Assembly: GCF_004010195.1 (NCBI RefSeq)
Contig: NC_057719.1
Location: 87,319,317-87,377,864, forward strand
Reading direction: 5' to 3'
Origin: Chiloscyllium plagiosum
Lineage: Eukaryota
DNA: 58,548 nucleotides
Shown here: positions 37,116 to 49,634 of the stretch, one piece after another
Layout of the letters: each line of letters starts with the position of its first letter
Numbering within the stretch: position 1 is the stretch's first letter
Notes under the pieces: model-generated
The model's input: only the letters and a program-made list of their open reading frames with translations
Told to the model about the DNA's origin: nothing
The model's database searches: none
Translations under genes and position numbers: made by a program

Positions 37116-39263
37116 CTATGAAATCATGACAGTCCTGATAATTTCATTTTCAATCAAGAACCCAGTTCAAGGGTTAGCCACTTCTGAGAAAACACCCAGC
37201 TCTTTTAATGCTTCTGAGCTATTTACACAGCTTTCCAGGTTTTAGACCATTACTGCCATCTCATCCAAAGCATTCAAGAACTCTTGTCTCCTTTTCTACC
37301 AAACAAAAAAGATCTTTTCCTTAGAATAATTTGCTTCTTTTCCTCATAAAAAGTCTCCATGTTCTTCTTTCCTATCTCTGTCTAGGTTCTCTTTGTGTCT
37401 GCAATTATCGAAAAGTGTGGTGCTAGAAAAGCACAGCAGGTCAGGCAGCATCTGACAAGCAGGAGGATTGATGTTTCGGGCATGAACTCTTCATCAGGAG
37501 GGGCTTGCCCTCCAGCTCATCTGCTTATACCTATCCTTTGTGCCTGCCAGCCACAAAGTTGCTGGTCTGGATTTCCTCCCTACTGTTTCTACTTCCAGGT
37601 CAATGGTCTCCAGGCCACATGCACCAGTATTTATTATGCAAGAAAATTACAACTGATTCCTTGATATTTAATGCAAACTATTACAAATTCCTTTCAAACA
37701 TTATTACGGATTCTACAGACATTTTAAAGTAATGATTAAACATACTCCTCACGACTGTCAGTTTAATATCTGGAAAACGACGGGTGGAATTGTTGTTTGG
37801 AGACTGAATGTGGAGGCAGACGTAAACAGGGAAGAGAATTATTGTCAGGGATAGGTCAGGGTTTCCTAAGTGATTATGTTCTTCTCATCTCGTTACATTT
37901 CCATGTGTGGGTAAGAGACCACCTTTTACAGGTGTGTGGGTAAAACTGTTTGATGCCCACTGGGATCTTCTGGGAGGTGACATCCAGGTGCCATATTGAA
38001 AAGGTAACCAGATAGTCAGTTACTTCCTGCAACCCATGACCATCTCTCAATCTCTGCTCATCACTCTCTCCATGGAGATGTTTGAGACCATGTTTTAGAA
38101 ATGGGCTTCTCCTGAAGGCTTATCAGGGAGAGAACTGAAGCTGACTTCCATGTAGCTGGCAACTAGAGGCCATCCTGAATGACCATAAAAGGCTACAGAG
38201 GTCAGTGTCCATGTGCGGCTCAAGAGCCACAAGAGGGTGAATGATCTGCAGTGCCCTGCCAGGGTATGTACCACTGTCAACGCACTGAGAGTGAGAGTTA
38301 ATATGGTAAGATTACCACCACACATGGCTGTTACGCACAACAGGCATCTCCAGAGGAACTGCTACACTTAGCAACCCCTGCACCACCAGTTTCACTGACC
38401 TTCCAACACAACAAGGAGAATGTACAGAGAGGTGAGAGCTTTTTATCAGAGGCTTCCATGGGATAAAAGCTGGTCCTGAGTTGGCTGTCCCAGTCAGGTC
38501 TGTTGGCCTCAGCATACCTGGCTGCCTAGCTTGGCTATTAGCCTGGTTGGTCTTCAAGCCAACACTCTAAGCAGTTAACAACAAGCCAGACACTTCATGT
38601 GACTGAGATTTCTCATGAGGCATTCAACATGGAGAGGCTTCATCCCTAATGCTGTATCCCTAATGCATAAGGAATCACCTTGGTTATCAAGGAGCAGAGA
38701 AACTGAAGAAGGTTACACTCACTGGAGCCTGGAGGATGATGTGTACTCTGCTAGGTACTGCATACCTCATGGGTTTGTGAACACGTGTGTTTTCTGTGCA
38801 CGTGAAAGTAATTCAGTGGTTGGGGGCGGTAAAGAATATTCAGGATATATTTACGAGTCCCGCCTGAAACTTTCTGGGAACTTAATGCTCAACATTTTAA
38901 CCCACAGTTGGAAAACTGACTCCGAGTTTGATTATGTTCCCTGACCCACCTTCTGAGAGGCTAGGACAGGCATTCCTGTCTGAATTAATCAGTCGAGTCC
39001 CAGAACCAATGGTACAGAAAATAACATTGAAACTAGGAGCAGGAGCAGGCCATTCAACCCTTGGGGCCTGCTCCACCATTCAGAAACAAGCCTGATACCA
39101 AATGAGCCACATTGGAAGCAAAATAGCAGAGAGGTGGGGGTAGGTCAGAGGTAGAAGGATAGAAAGAATGGCGGAGTGGACTCGATGGGCCGAATGGCCT
39201 CACTTCCGCTCCTATGTCTTATGGTCTAATCACAGGGAAAAGCAATGGCAAGGACTAAGGAAC

Positions 39264-39577
39264 CGGGGCGGCACTGCTGCGTCACAGCGCCAGGGACCCA
39301 GGTTCGATTCCAGCCTCGGACAACTGTCTGTGTGGAGTTTGCACATTCTCCCAGTGTCTGCGTGGGTTTCCTCCAAGTGCTCCGGTTTCCTCCAACAGTC
39401 CAAAAATGTGCAGATTAGATGGATTGGCCATGCTAAATTACCCATAGTGTGTAGGTTAGGTGTGTTAGGGAAAATGTAGAGTAATAGGGGAATGGGTCTG
39501 GGAGGAATACTCTTTGGAGGGTCAGTGTGGACTTGTTGGGCCAAATGGCCTGTTTCCACACTGTAGGGATTCTATGA
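39264..39577 (+). mobile_element. HE1-like SINE
   Basis: ggttcgattcc B box and the shared SINE body. Confidence 0.85.
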
Positions 39578-39901
39578 AAGAAAGGCACAGAAATATGGAA
39601 AGAGAGAGAGAGAGAAAGAAAGGGAGAGGTTTACATAGACCAGCAGAAGGTGTAGACACTGAGATAGAGACATAAGTACAAGGAGTTTAATTATAATTTT
39701 AAAAAATCAGGCGGGTTTTATACAAAGGGCAGGCAGACTGCCCTACCAGATTATTGCTTAGATAATAATCTACCCCAGAGAGATATAGAGTGCCAGAGAG
39801 AGACAGACAGACAGACAGCAGGGAGGGAAGCAGCAACATCTTAGAAGTTAATGCCAAACATCCCAAAGACCAAAACGTCAAAGGGAATGCTGGGTTCCTA
39901 C

Positions 39902-40564
39902 CTTTTCACTCGTCGGTGCCGCTGTTGAGTCCAATGGCTGAGCCTCAGTGATTGATAACAGCTCTGTGTTCCCAGGGCCAGTAAGCCCCTGTATCTCCAA
40001 TGGGCTGGTCGCAGGGTCCAACTGGCACCCGTCAGTTGGTGCTGTGGCCTGTTCTGGATGAAGCTCGTCCTGGGAGGAATCGGCAGAAGTTGGAGGGCTT
40101 TGGGCTGTAGCTGCCTCAGTGCTGATGCCACCTTGAGCCAGGGAGGTTGGATCTTGCTCCTCGCTGGACGAGAGCCGGGCGAGTAGTTTGGATGGCAGTG
40201 AGACAGAATTCAAAGCCCTCACTGATGGACGTCCTGCTTCAGGACTGTGAAGGCTTAAGGACTTTGGTGACAAAGGTGATTGGACAAAAGCCCGTCTCCT
40301 GTCCTCTGCAGTGTCTGGACCTCTCTGGATAGCCCTTCTGACTGGAGAGAAGAACAGGTCTGGTGTTGTTGGGGTCTTTGGGGCTGGGCTCACAATTGTC
40401 TCTTTGGTCCAGGATTTCGGGGACCTCCCAAGGTCTGATCTGCGTTTTTCACTGATCTTCAATGGCGCCGGCTTCTTATCGGATCCTCTTCTCTTCAGGG
40501 AGGGAACACGGGCTACCTTGCGTTCTCTCTCCTTCACACTCGCCTCCGCTCGGAATCCTTCTCC
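39902..40564 (-). CDS. SPTBN5: SPTBN5 663-nt exon: 221-aa Ser/Pro-rich linker between the last spectrin repeat and PH
   Basis: ttttag| and AAG|gtagga; open frame (ORF 39878..40537), phase 0/0; contains RVPSLKRRGSD. Confidence 0.8.
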
Positions 40565-40748
40565 CTAAAACCAGTCAAAAAACAGTCTGAAATTACACAA
40601 CTCCATCTGTTACCAAACTGCCTGACAGTACAGGTGATAAGACGAAGACTCGTCTCCCTGTATGTTCGGCACACAGTTAACAACAGCACTCTCGCCCATC
40701 GCCAGGCTGAGACATGGGTTTCAACTGAAGCTATGCTGTACGCCTGAC

Positions 40749-40853
40749 CTTTACTGCATTCTCCAACTGGCCAATCTTCTCATTCTGAACTGCCAGCATC
40801 TTCTCAAAGTCCTCCTGCTTCTTGATCAAGTCTTCCACTTCGTCAACAGAATC
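40749..40853 (-). CDS. SPTBN5: SPTBN5 partial last spectrin repeat exon (DSVDEVEDLIKKQEDFEKMLAVQNEKIGQLENAVK)
   Basis: ctctcag| and |gtcagg; DSVDEVExLIKK.E.FEK is the beta-spectrin tetramerisation repeat. Confidence 0.93.
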
Positions 40854-41112
40854 CTGAGAGAGGAGATGAGAAAGTCAGTGCTGAAGGGAGATGGCTCAAG
40901 GGACAGCTGGTGGCCCCCACTGCACTATACGCTCTGACACACAGATACACACATACACAGAATTGATCTTAACCCTACTGCGAATCCTCTTGCAAGTCTG
41001 CTTGCCTTGAAGAAGTTTTCCTCCTCTCTCTACAAGAATCTCAGTGATTCTCTATGCTACTTTCTCCCCACCCCCTCTCACTTATCCCTCCACCCTGGAG
41101 GCTCCCTGCCTC

Positions 41113-41150
41113 TATTCCTGATGAAGGGCTTTTGCCCGAAACGTCGATTT
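41113..41150 (+). ncRNA. Minimal hammerhead-ribozyme motif within a Penelope-like terminal repeat (about 41060-41210)
   Basis: CTGATGA-a-GGGC-tttt-GCCC-GAAA-CGTC; stem I weak. Confidence 0.6.
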
Positions 41151-41710
41151 TCCTGCTCTTCGGATGCTTCCTGAACTGCTGTGCTTTTCCAGCACCACTC
41201 TAATCCAGAAGCTGGTGGCCGGTAAGTTGTAAACTTCCACTTACAGTCACCTTCCCAGTTACAAGATACAGCCATTGAATTCTGTGTAGGACTTATTTAG
41301 GATGTAACTGTCCCAAGTATTGGCATTCCCCACAGTTGGAACATTTATTCATTAGTCTGTCAAGCGTCACTTGAAAGACCTCTCTTGTGCCAGTCTACAG
41401 CCCTCTCTTCAGTGGACAGGTCCTGCAATGTTGTCTTTCCTGACAGTTGTAAGCTCTCAGCTCCAACATGATGCTTGTGGGTCCATTGTTCAGGCCTTGG
41501 GTTCAGGCCTGGCCTGGCCTGGCTCAGCTCAGTTTCACTGGTTTTTGTGTGAACTGAATCAGAGCAATTTGCAGTCTTGGCCAAAGGAACGCACACAGAT
41601 TGAGGGAACTTCCTCTTAATTCCAGTTCCCTCCAGTCGCCTACTTACTGCCTCCTGCCACAATCCAGGGAAACAGCAAGAGCCAGCAATAACCAATAAGG
41701 TAAGTCTTAC

Positions 41711-41887
41711 CCCATAGTTGTTGCTTGTTACAAGTCCCTCCTTGGAGTTCAGCCAAGCAGCCAGCAGCTCGAGTTCCCGGAGCTGTGCCTCTTTCCACAG
41801 CTCCTTCTGGTACAGCTCCTCCAGCCTCTCCCACTTCTTCACCAGCTCATCCATATTCTCAGACAGTTCGTTCAACTTCTCATCAAC
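41711..41887 (-). CDS. SPTBN5: SPTBN5 spectrin-repeat exon (VDEKLNEL...WLNSKEGLVTSNNYG)
   Basis: aacag| and |gtaaga; spectrin-repeat W/L heptad pattern. Confidence 0.92.
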
Positions 41888-42349
41888 CTGTTCCGAGGGA
41901 ACATGCATAACACTTGAGCAAAGTGTGTCTGCCCAAAGTGTGTGTGTCTGTGTCTATGTGTATGTTTGAGAGTGTCTGTGTGAGAGTGTGAAGAGAGAGT
42001 GTGAGTGTGAAGAATATGAGTGTGAGAGAGTGTGTGAGACAGTGTGTGTGTGAGAGCGTGTGAGAGAGTATGTGATTGTGTGAGAGTATGTGATTGTGTG
42101 AGAGAATGTGTGAGAGAGATTGTGTGTGTGAGTGTGTGCATTGTGGAAATGGAGTACAGGGTCCTTATGAGTGGCAGAGGGATGGGGGTGGTGTTTAGTT
42201 TGGTCTCTATGGTTTTAGGAATTGCGGATTACAGGGATCACAGTAATCTCAGTTGTGGGGGGTCACAGTGAAATCTGAGGGGATTATGGGTTTACAGTTT
42301 GGGCTCCTCAGTGCAGGGAGCTGGAGGGGAGCTTCCTTCTGGCCTTTAC

Positions 42350-42539
42350 CTCTTCTGACATGACGCGTGTGTTCTCTCTCAGCTCATTTCCTACACTTCT
42401 CAGCTCTTCATATTTGGGTCTTTGCTTGTCTATCTCACATTTATACTCATCGTGATGTTTGCAGAGCTGCTCCATTCCCAGCATTCCCCTGGCCTGCTCC
42501 TCTGAGTCCAGTAGTGTATCCATCTCATTAACCCAGGCC
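42350..42539 (-). CDS. SPTBN5: SPTBN5 spectrin-repeat exon (AWVNEMDTLL...RVMSEE)
   Basis: tttccacag| and |gtaaag; phase 2 to 0. Confidence 0.92.
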
Positions 42540-42574
42540 CTGTGGAAACAGGAAAATCACAGACTCGCTACATC

Positions 42575-42836
42575 ACAGAAGCAGGCCATTCGGCCCATTG
42601 AATCCACACCGACCCTCCGAAGAGCATCTCACCCAAACCCACCTATCCGCTTACCCTGTATTTCTCATGGCCAATCCACCTAACCTGCTCATCGTTGATC
42701 TGGAGGAAACCAGAGCTACCGGAGGAAACCCACACAGACATAGGGAAAATGTGCAAACTCCACACAGACAGTTGGCAGAGGCTGGGATCAAATCCAGGTG
42801 CCTGGCGCTGTGAGGTAGCAGTGCTAACCACTGAGC
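42575..42836 (-). mobile_element. HE1-like SINE, 35 nt upstream of an SPTBN5 acceptor
   Basis: Reverse complement of the SINE head and body. Confidence 0.82.
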
Positions 42837-44417
42837 CAGTGCAGCCTCAGGCAGAAGAATGCCATGAAAAAAAAGGATTGTGCATGGTTGGAGTGGGGTG
42901 GGGTGGTGTTGACAGAAGGCAATAAATGGGCTAAATTCGCACATTATTGAACATGTACAGCTTATTAAAAAAAACAAGGAGTATCCATTATATTGCAATA
43001 AAACAAAGAATTGTGGATCTGAAACAAAAACAGAAATTGCTGGCAAAACTCAGCAAGTCTGTGGGAAGAAAGCAGAGTTCATGTTTCGAGACCAATGTCC
43101 CTTCATCAGAACTGCAGGCATGAAGAGTCACCTGACTCGATATGTCAATTATATTACAATTCAGTTCCAGACTATGGAAAGATAACGTGGTGACTCGATT
43201 GTCGTCTTTCTTCCACACTGGCCTCTAATGGTGGGAGGCTGACACAACATCAAACAGTGTTCCTGGCATGCAGTTCACATCCATTCTAAATGAATCCAGG
43301 GGATTCTTAATGTTAAAGGAGAAAACAGGTGAAAACAAAGCCGTGATTCAAAAATGCCAGGAGGGAAATAAGAAGTGTATTGCAAATGTTTTAGAAATAC
43401 TCAGTAACCCTGTATCTACCCGAGGTGCCCATCTTTACTGGGATTTAGTTCCATGAAGTGCGATACCCTCAGGTCAGCCCTTTATGTTTGTGAACATCGA
43501 CGATGGGATGTGGACCTGCAATCTGCCGCTACGGATGGGTCATAAATGCTGACCCAACCAGCAATGCCCGCATCCAGTCACAGAATACTTTTTAAAAAAT
43601 GACACTTAAATTTTGAAAGAATAAACCAAACTGTGATTAGATTGAAATCTCTTTGAACGCTTTATTTTATGAGTTGTGTAAACATTACTGTGGTGGCAAT
43701 GGTGTTGAAGTTCACTTGGATTAGCTGTGATTATGCCTGCTAAATCCTAGCAAAGCTGGGCTGATCATTGGCAAATGAAGTTTAATTCAGGCAGATAGTG
43801 TGGAGTTATTGGATAGCATTAGATAGGCACATGGATAATAATGGAATAGTGTAGGTTAGATGGGCTTCAGATCGGTGTCACAGGTCAGCGCAACATCGAG
43901 GGCTGAAGGGCCTGTACTGTGCTGTAATGTTTGATGTTCTGTGTGTGGAGAGAGGTGGGAGAAACTCCAGTTTTCTTTCAATCACCTGACCGACCAGGAA
44001 TTTCTCCCATTCTTACCATCTGCTGCTGGGGTATGTTGGAGTGAGTTGCAACTTGTTTGACTGCACTGGAGAACGCATACTCTTTGGCCAGCAAGTCATG
44101 AGGGGTATTCGGCTTCTGGGTCAGAGGCAGGGACACTACTCACTGCAGACTGGGATACATGTTGGCTCCACTGAGCATCAAAGATAAATTAAATTTGCTA
44201 TTGAGTCTGTCTTTGTAACTGACTGTCCAAAGACAGCGTGTCGACAAGATGGACTAATGATGGAAGTTAGAGTGCATGGCAGGAGCAGATTAACTGATGA
44301 AGTGCCCAGGAAATTGTCCAAGCGGAGTTGACGACACTCCCAGCTCTCATTAACTTTCAGTTTGGTACAGTCAGTGAAGTGCCCCCAACACCGTCCAAGG
44401 CCCCAGCTCTCACTTAC

Positions 44418-44635
44418 AGGAAAACTCGACAGTCGCTCACATATGCCTGCACTTGCTCAGCCTGCAGCAGCCTCTCCTTGCACTCTCCGGCTTTCCGGTA
44501 CAGGTTATCCCAGCACTCGGCCACTTCCTCCAGCCTTTCCTGCAGGTTGCCCTTGACGTGTGGATACGCTATACCCAGCATCCGGGCTTCTCCGCCAATA
44601 CGGTCAACTTCTCGGTTTATGGCTCCCAGCTCCCT
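44418..44635 (-). CDS. SPTBN5: SPTBN5 spectrin-repeat exon (RELGAINREV...DCRVF)
   Basis: ccttacag| and |gtaagt; helical repeat with W..L...A.ER..L. Confidence 0.93.
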
Positions 44636-45116
44636 CTGTAAGGAACACAATTATCGTCTGTATCGGTCCGAATTCGTAACCAGCCCAGTGACACAGCCTG
44701 TCTCTGCTGGAAATCATATTACTTAACACAGAACATTATAAGAAGCAGTAATTTTCCAGCGTGAGGCACATTTACTTCTTATTGAAAGGTAACAGCTGTT
44801 TCATACATATTGCCATTCTGAGTGGAATCGCCTGTGCAGGGATACTGAACCTGAATTTTGTTGTGGATTTCCATCCAGCCTTGGAGACTGCGTCCCTCTG
44901 GGAATGTGCCACCCCGATGAAGGCACACTCACTGCCATACCACCGCCCCCACCCTCTGTGCTGTAGCAGTCCCTTCCCACATTCCTGAGGGGGAGTAGGC
45001 CCCTCCTAGCAGAATAACTGTGTTGCCTCCACACAGGATAACGCACCAACCCCCCTCCTCCTCCAACCATAGCAGAGTGCCCCTACAGCCAAGTGTCCCA
45101 CTGATGAAGGTCCTAA

Positions 45117-45372
45117 CCCCATTGGTGGAATGAGCCTCCAGGGAGTGAGCCCTATTGGTGGAATGAACCCAAGGGGAGTAGCCCCATTGGTGGAATGTCT
45201 CAAGGAGAGTGATCCCATTGGTGGAATGATTCTGCCAGGGGAGTGACCCCATTGGTGGTATGATCCCCCTGAAGAGTGGCCCCGTTGGTGGAATGATCCA
45301 CCAGGGGAGTGGCCCCATTGGTGGAATGACCCCAAGGGGAGTGACCCCACTGGTGGAATGACCCCCAAGGGG
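45117..45372. repeat. 31-34-nt minisatellite x8 (ccccattggtggaatga...ggggagtga)
   Basis: Core attggtggaatg at 45121, 45154, 45186, 45217, 45251, 45284, 45317 and 45349. Confidence 0.9.
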
Positions 45373-45469
45373 CGTGATCTTCCTCTTCCCCCAGGGATTT
45401 TGCTGCCCCAGCCCCAATGCCCTTCATGGAGTAAGTACACATGCAATATTGGGAGGCGATGTGGTTTAC

Positions 45470-45625
45470 CTCGAGACCTTCATGTTGCCGTAGCAGCGTC
45501 TGCACCTGGTTTAAATCATGGCCGTAGTGGTCATTGCCCAGTCCGCCATCTTTCTCCTGAATCCAGGCCTTCAGCTCAGACACATCGTAGTCGAATCGGT
45601 GTACCTGTTGTGCTGCCCTCAGATT
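45470..45625 (-). CDS. SPTBN5: SPTBN5 spectrin-repeat exon (NLRAAQQVHRFDYDVSELKAWIQEK...YGHDL...RQHEGLE)
   Basis: gatag| and |gtaaac; classic spectrin repeat WIxEK...YGxDL...LxRxH. Confidence 0.94.
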
Positions 45626-45741
45626 CTATCATGGGGGTACAGGCTCAGTTAGACTGATAGCAGCTTCCATTCTGCAGACACATTTCTCCACTTGCTGCCC
45701 GCCAGCTTGAATAACCCCACCACAAACAGAACAACCCCAAC

Positions 45742-47115
45742 CTCGATAGTCACAGGTGAAGTACCAGAAGACTGGAGGTTGGCAAATGTGGTGCCACTGT
45801 TTAAGAAGGGCGGTAAAGACAAGTCAGGGAACTATAGACCGGTGAGCCTGACCTCGGTGGTGGGCAAGTTGTTGGAGGGAATCCTGAGGGACAGGATGTA
45901 CATGTATTTGGAAAGGCAAGGACTAATTCGGGATAGTCAACATGGCATTGTGCGTGGGAAATCATGTCTCACAAACTTGATTGAGTTTTTTGANNNNNNN
46001 NNNNNNNNNNNNNNNNNNNNNNNNNNNNNNNNNNNNNNNNNNNNNNNNNNNNNNNNNNNNNNNNNNNNNNNNNNNNNNNNNNNNNNNNNNNNNNNNNNNN
46101 NNNNNNNNNNNNNNNNNNNNNNNNNNNNNNNNNNNNNNNNNNNNNNNNNNNNNNNNNNNNNNNNNNNNNNNNNNNNNNNNNNNNNNNNNNNNNNNNNNNN
46201 NNNNNNNNNNNNNNNNNNNNNNNNNNNNNNNNNNNNNNNNNNNNNNNNNNNNNNNNNNNNNNNNNNNNNNNNNNNNNNNNNNNNNNNNNNNNNNNNNNNN
46301 NNNNNNNNNNNNNNNNNNNNNNNNNNNNNNNNNNNNNNNNNNNNNNNNNNNNNNNNNNNNNNNNNNNNNNNNNNNNNNNNNNNNNGAGGGAGTGTTGCTG
46401 AACAAAGAGACCTTGGAGTGCAGGTTCATAGCTCCTTAAAAGTGGAGTTGCAGGTAGATAGGATAGTGAAGGCGGCGTTTGGTATGCTTTCCTTTATTGG
46501 TCAGAGTATTGAATACAGGAGTTGGGAGGTCATGTTGCAGCTGTACAGGACATTGGTTAGGCCACTGTTGGAATATTGCGTACAATTCTGGTCTCCTTCC
46601 TATCGGAAAGACGTTGTGGAACTTGAAAGGATTCAGAAAAGATTTACAAGGATGTTGCCAGGGTTGGAGGTTCTGAGTTACAGGGAGAGGCTGAACAGGC
46701 TGGGGCTGTTTTCCATGGAGCGTCAGAGGCTGAGGAGTGTCCTTATAGAGATTTACAAACATATGAGGGGAATGGATAGGATAAATAGACAAAGTCTTTT
46801 CCCTGGGGTCGGGGAGTCCAGAACTAGAGGGCATAGGTTTAGGGTGAGAGGGGAAAGATATAAAAGAGACCTAAGGGGCAACTTTTTCACGCAGAAGGTA
46901 GTACGTGTATGGAATGAGCTCCCAGAGGATGTGGTGCAGGCTGGTACAATTGCAACATTTAAAGGCATTTGGATGGGTATATGAATAGGAAGGGTTTGGA
47001 GGGATATGGGCCGGGTGTTGGCAGGTGGGACTAGATTGGGTTGAGATATCTGGTCGGCATGGATGGATTGGACCGAAGGGTCTGATTCCATGCTGTACAT
47101 CTCTATGACTCTATA
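45742..47115 (+). mobile_element. Young CR1 LINE ORF2 3' half spanning an assembly gap
   Basis: VPEDWRLANVVPLFKKG...NLIEFF [gap] DLGVQV...LEYCVQFWSP...WNELP; (CTATGA) tail. Confidence 0.93.
45994..46385. other. Assembly gap
   Basis: N run. Confidence 1.
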
Positions 47116-47542
47116 ACCCCACACAGCTCTCACCCTCACAATCACCCTCCCCACCCGTACCCCTCCCCCCAATCTCCTCCCTGACTTGTGCTGGACCACT
47201 CAGACTGTCAACAGTTCAAGGCCAGATGCAGGCCAACACTCCAGTGCAGCAATGAGGGAGTCCCGCACTGTCTGAGGGGCTGCTCCTTTTGAAACCCTGT
47301 TAGAGTTTCTGTCAGTCCATTCCCCACCTCCAGAACAGTTGAAACTTATTGGATGTACAGCATGGTTTGTGGTTTTCCTAATCCTCTGGTCACTCAATCC
47401 TCCACCGCACAATTATGATCCCTGTGCTTGGTACAAATCACCCACAAAGCAACAGCGCATGCTTTGGAAAGGAACAAACTGGCAGTGCTAATATAAATAT
47501 AAGTTGATTCTTTTCCTGCCAACTACTTCCAGCATTTTCTAT

Positions 47543-48690
47543 GATCACTACTGTCCTTTCCCTGACCCTTGACCCCCATTTGATAGAAGCAGCAGTGACT
47601 ATGTTTGAGTCTGCAGTCTTTCGATGGGACATTAAGCCAGACGTATGTATGTTTGTCCTCTTGGGTGGATTATTAAGATCCTATGATAATGTTTTAATAA
47701 GAGCAGCAGTCCTGGCCAATAATTCTCTCTCAAGTACTGTCACTAAGTTTATCTTGTTTTGGGATCTGACTATGTGCAAATTGGGTGATGGCATTGTATT
47801 CTCCCTCTAATGGTTGCAATGCACTTTGGGATGTTCTAAGGTTCTGACAGGGACGGTGTCTGTAACTTGCACACTGCAGGAACTGCAGTATCACAATTTA
47901 CCACCAAGGGGAGCTGCAGACCACAACTTCAATAGCCTTCTGCTGAGTCTGCCCCTACACATAAGGACCACTCACAAGGGTCATCTGACTGATATGCCTC
48001 CCACCCACAAATGGACCAGCAGAAATTACTTTACCCTAACCTGCTCGGTGAATAAATAGCCTGCTGCCCAGGTGTTGGGGATGGGGCGGTGTAACTAAAA
48101 TGCTCCAGGTTAGTTACCTGGGAAGTGCGGTTCCCACTGTGTAGAAATTACTTACATGGTCCCTGTCAGAACCTTAGAACTTCCCAGAGTGTAATGCAAC
48201 ACTAAAGGGAGTTTGCAATGTTGTCACCCAATTTATGCACAGTCAGATCCCATAAACAAGATCACTACTGTCCTTTCCCTGACCCTTGACCCCCATTTGA
48301 TAGAAGCAGCAGTGACTATGTTTGAGTCTGCAGTCTTTCGATGGGACATTAAGCCAGACGTATGGAGGATAGTGGGCTAGTGTAGGTTAGGTGGGCTTGG
48401 ATCGGCGCAACATCGAGGGCCGAAGGGGCTGTACTGCGCTGTATTGTTCTATGTTCTATGTTCTATGTATGTATGTTTGTCCTCTTGGGTGAATTATTAA
48501 GATCCTATGATGATGTTTTAATAAGAGCAGCAGTCCTGGCCAATAATTCTCTCTCAAGTACTGTCACTAAGTTTATCTTGTTTTGGGATCTGTTTTGGGA
48601 CACTACTGTTTCAGCGGCAGCGCTTGAGAGATAATCATTGGCCAGGACTGCTGTTCTCCTGAAAACAGTATCACACGATCTTTAATGATC
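47543..48690. repeat. Composite of two inverted SINE-like relics with a direct duplication (47543-47768 copied to 48260-48592) and a CR1-tail insert (about 48365-48467)
   Basis: Direct alignment by eye; see findings. Confidence 0.85.
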
Positions 48691-48935
48691 AGGGCCCATT
48701 TTGACCCAGCTGCCTGGAGGCCGACATGCCCCTCCGAGACACTGGCCAGAGGGTCTCCAATGAACTTACTAGGATTGGGCACAATTTAACAGTGGAATAG
48801 GCTGGGATAAATGACAGAGAGTTTAATTGGACAAACCGATTGGAGGTAGACCACTGGCTCCCCCTTGGCCAGACTGAGCACACCCCCTCCTTGTCAAACA
48901 CCTCTACCCCCCACCACGTGCCTGCTGGCCCTCAC

Positions 48936-49130
48936 CTCAGCCCGGTTCCTGATAGCTTGTTGAAGTTTGTGCCACTGCTGGGCGATGGCATTGGCCTGAT
49001 CCATGATTTCCGACAGGAAGCTGTGAGATTGCCTCTTCAGTGTCTTCACCATATTGTGAAAGGTGGACATCTTGTTCTGGCCCAGGGTGCTCAGCTCCTG
49101 CTCCAAGTTCTCAAACTTCTTCTGCAGTAC
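48936..49130 (-). CDS. SPTBN5: SPTBN5 spectrin-repeat exon (VLQKKFENLEQEL...QQAIRNRAE)
   Basis: cccacag| and |gtgagg; 195 nt, phase 0/0. Confidence 0.93.
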
Positions 49131-49459
49131 CTGTGGGTGTGGGGAACACAGATAGCTCAGCGACAGCAGACAGGGCAGAGGATCAGTCAGCCTGGCCACA
49201 CACTCTTCACACAGACACCAGCCTGGCCTCAAACTCACACCCCTGCTTTCGCACCTCCTGCACTGGCTGTGACTGTTTCTGTGTCAGGTATATCAGCATC
49301 AGGATCACTCACATGCCATCACTACATCCCAATGCAAAACACCTAATTTTCAACTGCTGTTCTCACATGCAGTGTTCATGACATGTGGGGCATGGAGAGA
49401 TTAATTCCCCCCAATATGTTACCGTGACATCAGCAAATTCAGGAAAAGTTATAGTCCCA

Positions 49460-49634
49460 GACTCTCTCCCCCTGCTCACAGTCCCAGTCTCTCTCTCTTC
49501 CCCTGCTCACAGTCCCAGTCTCTCTCTCTTCCCCTGCTCACAGTCCCAGTCTCTCTCTCTCTCTTCCCCTGCTCACAGTCCTAGTCTCTCTCCTCCTGCT
49601 CAGTCCCAGTCTCTCTCTCTCTCTCCTCATGCTC
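49460..49634. repeat. CT-rich minisatellite of about 30 nt (ccctgctcacagtcccagtctctctctcttc) running into a gap
   Basis: 5 units visible. Confidence 0.85.

Noticed and set aside
45117..45372. Repeat-spacer appearance
   Set aside because: The variable parts are mutated versions of one another; a minisatellite
45692..46984. 430-aa ORF as a host gene
   Set aside because: CR1 ORF2 fragment bridged by an N gap
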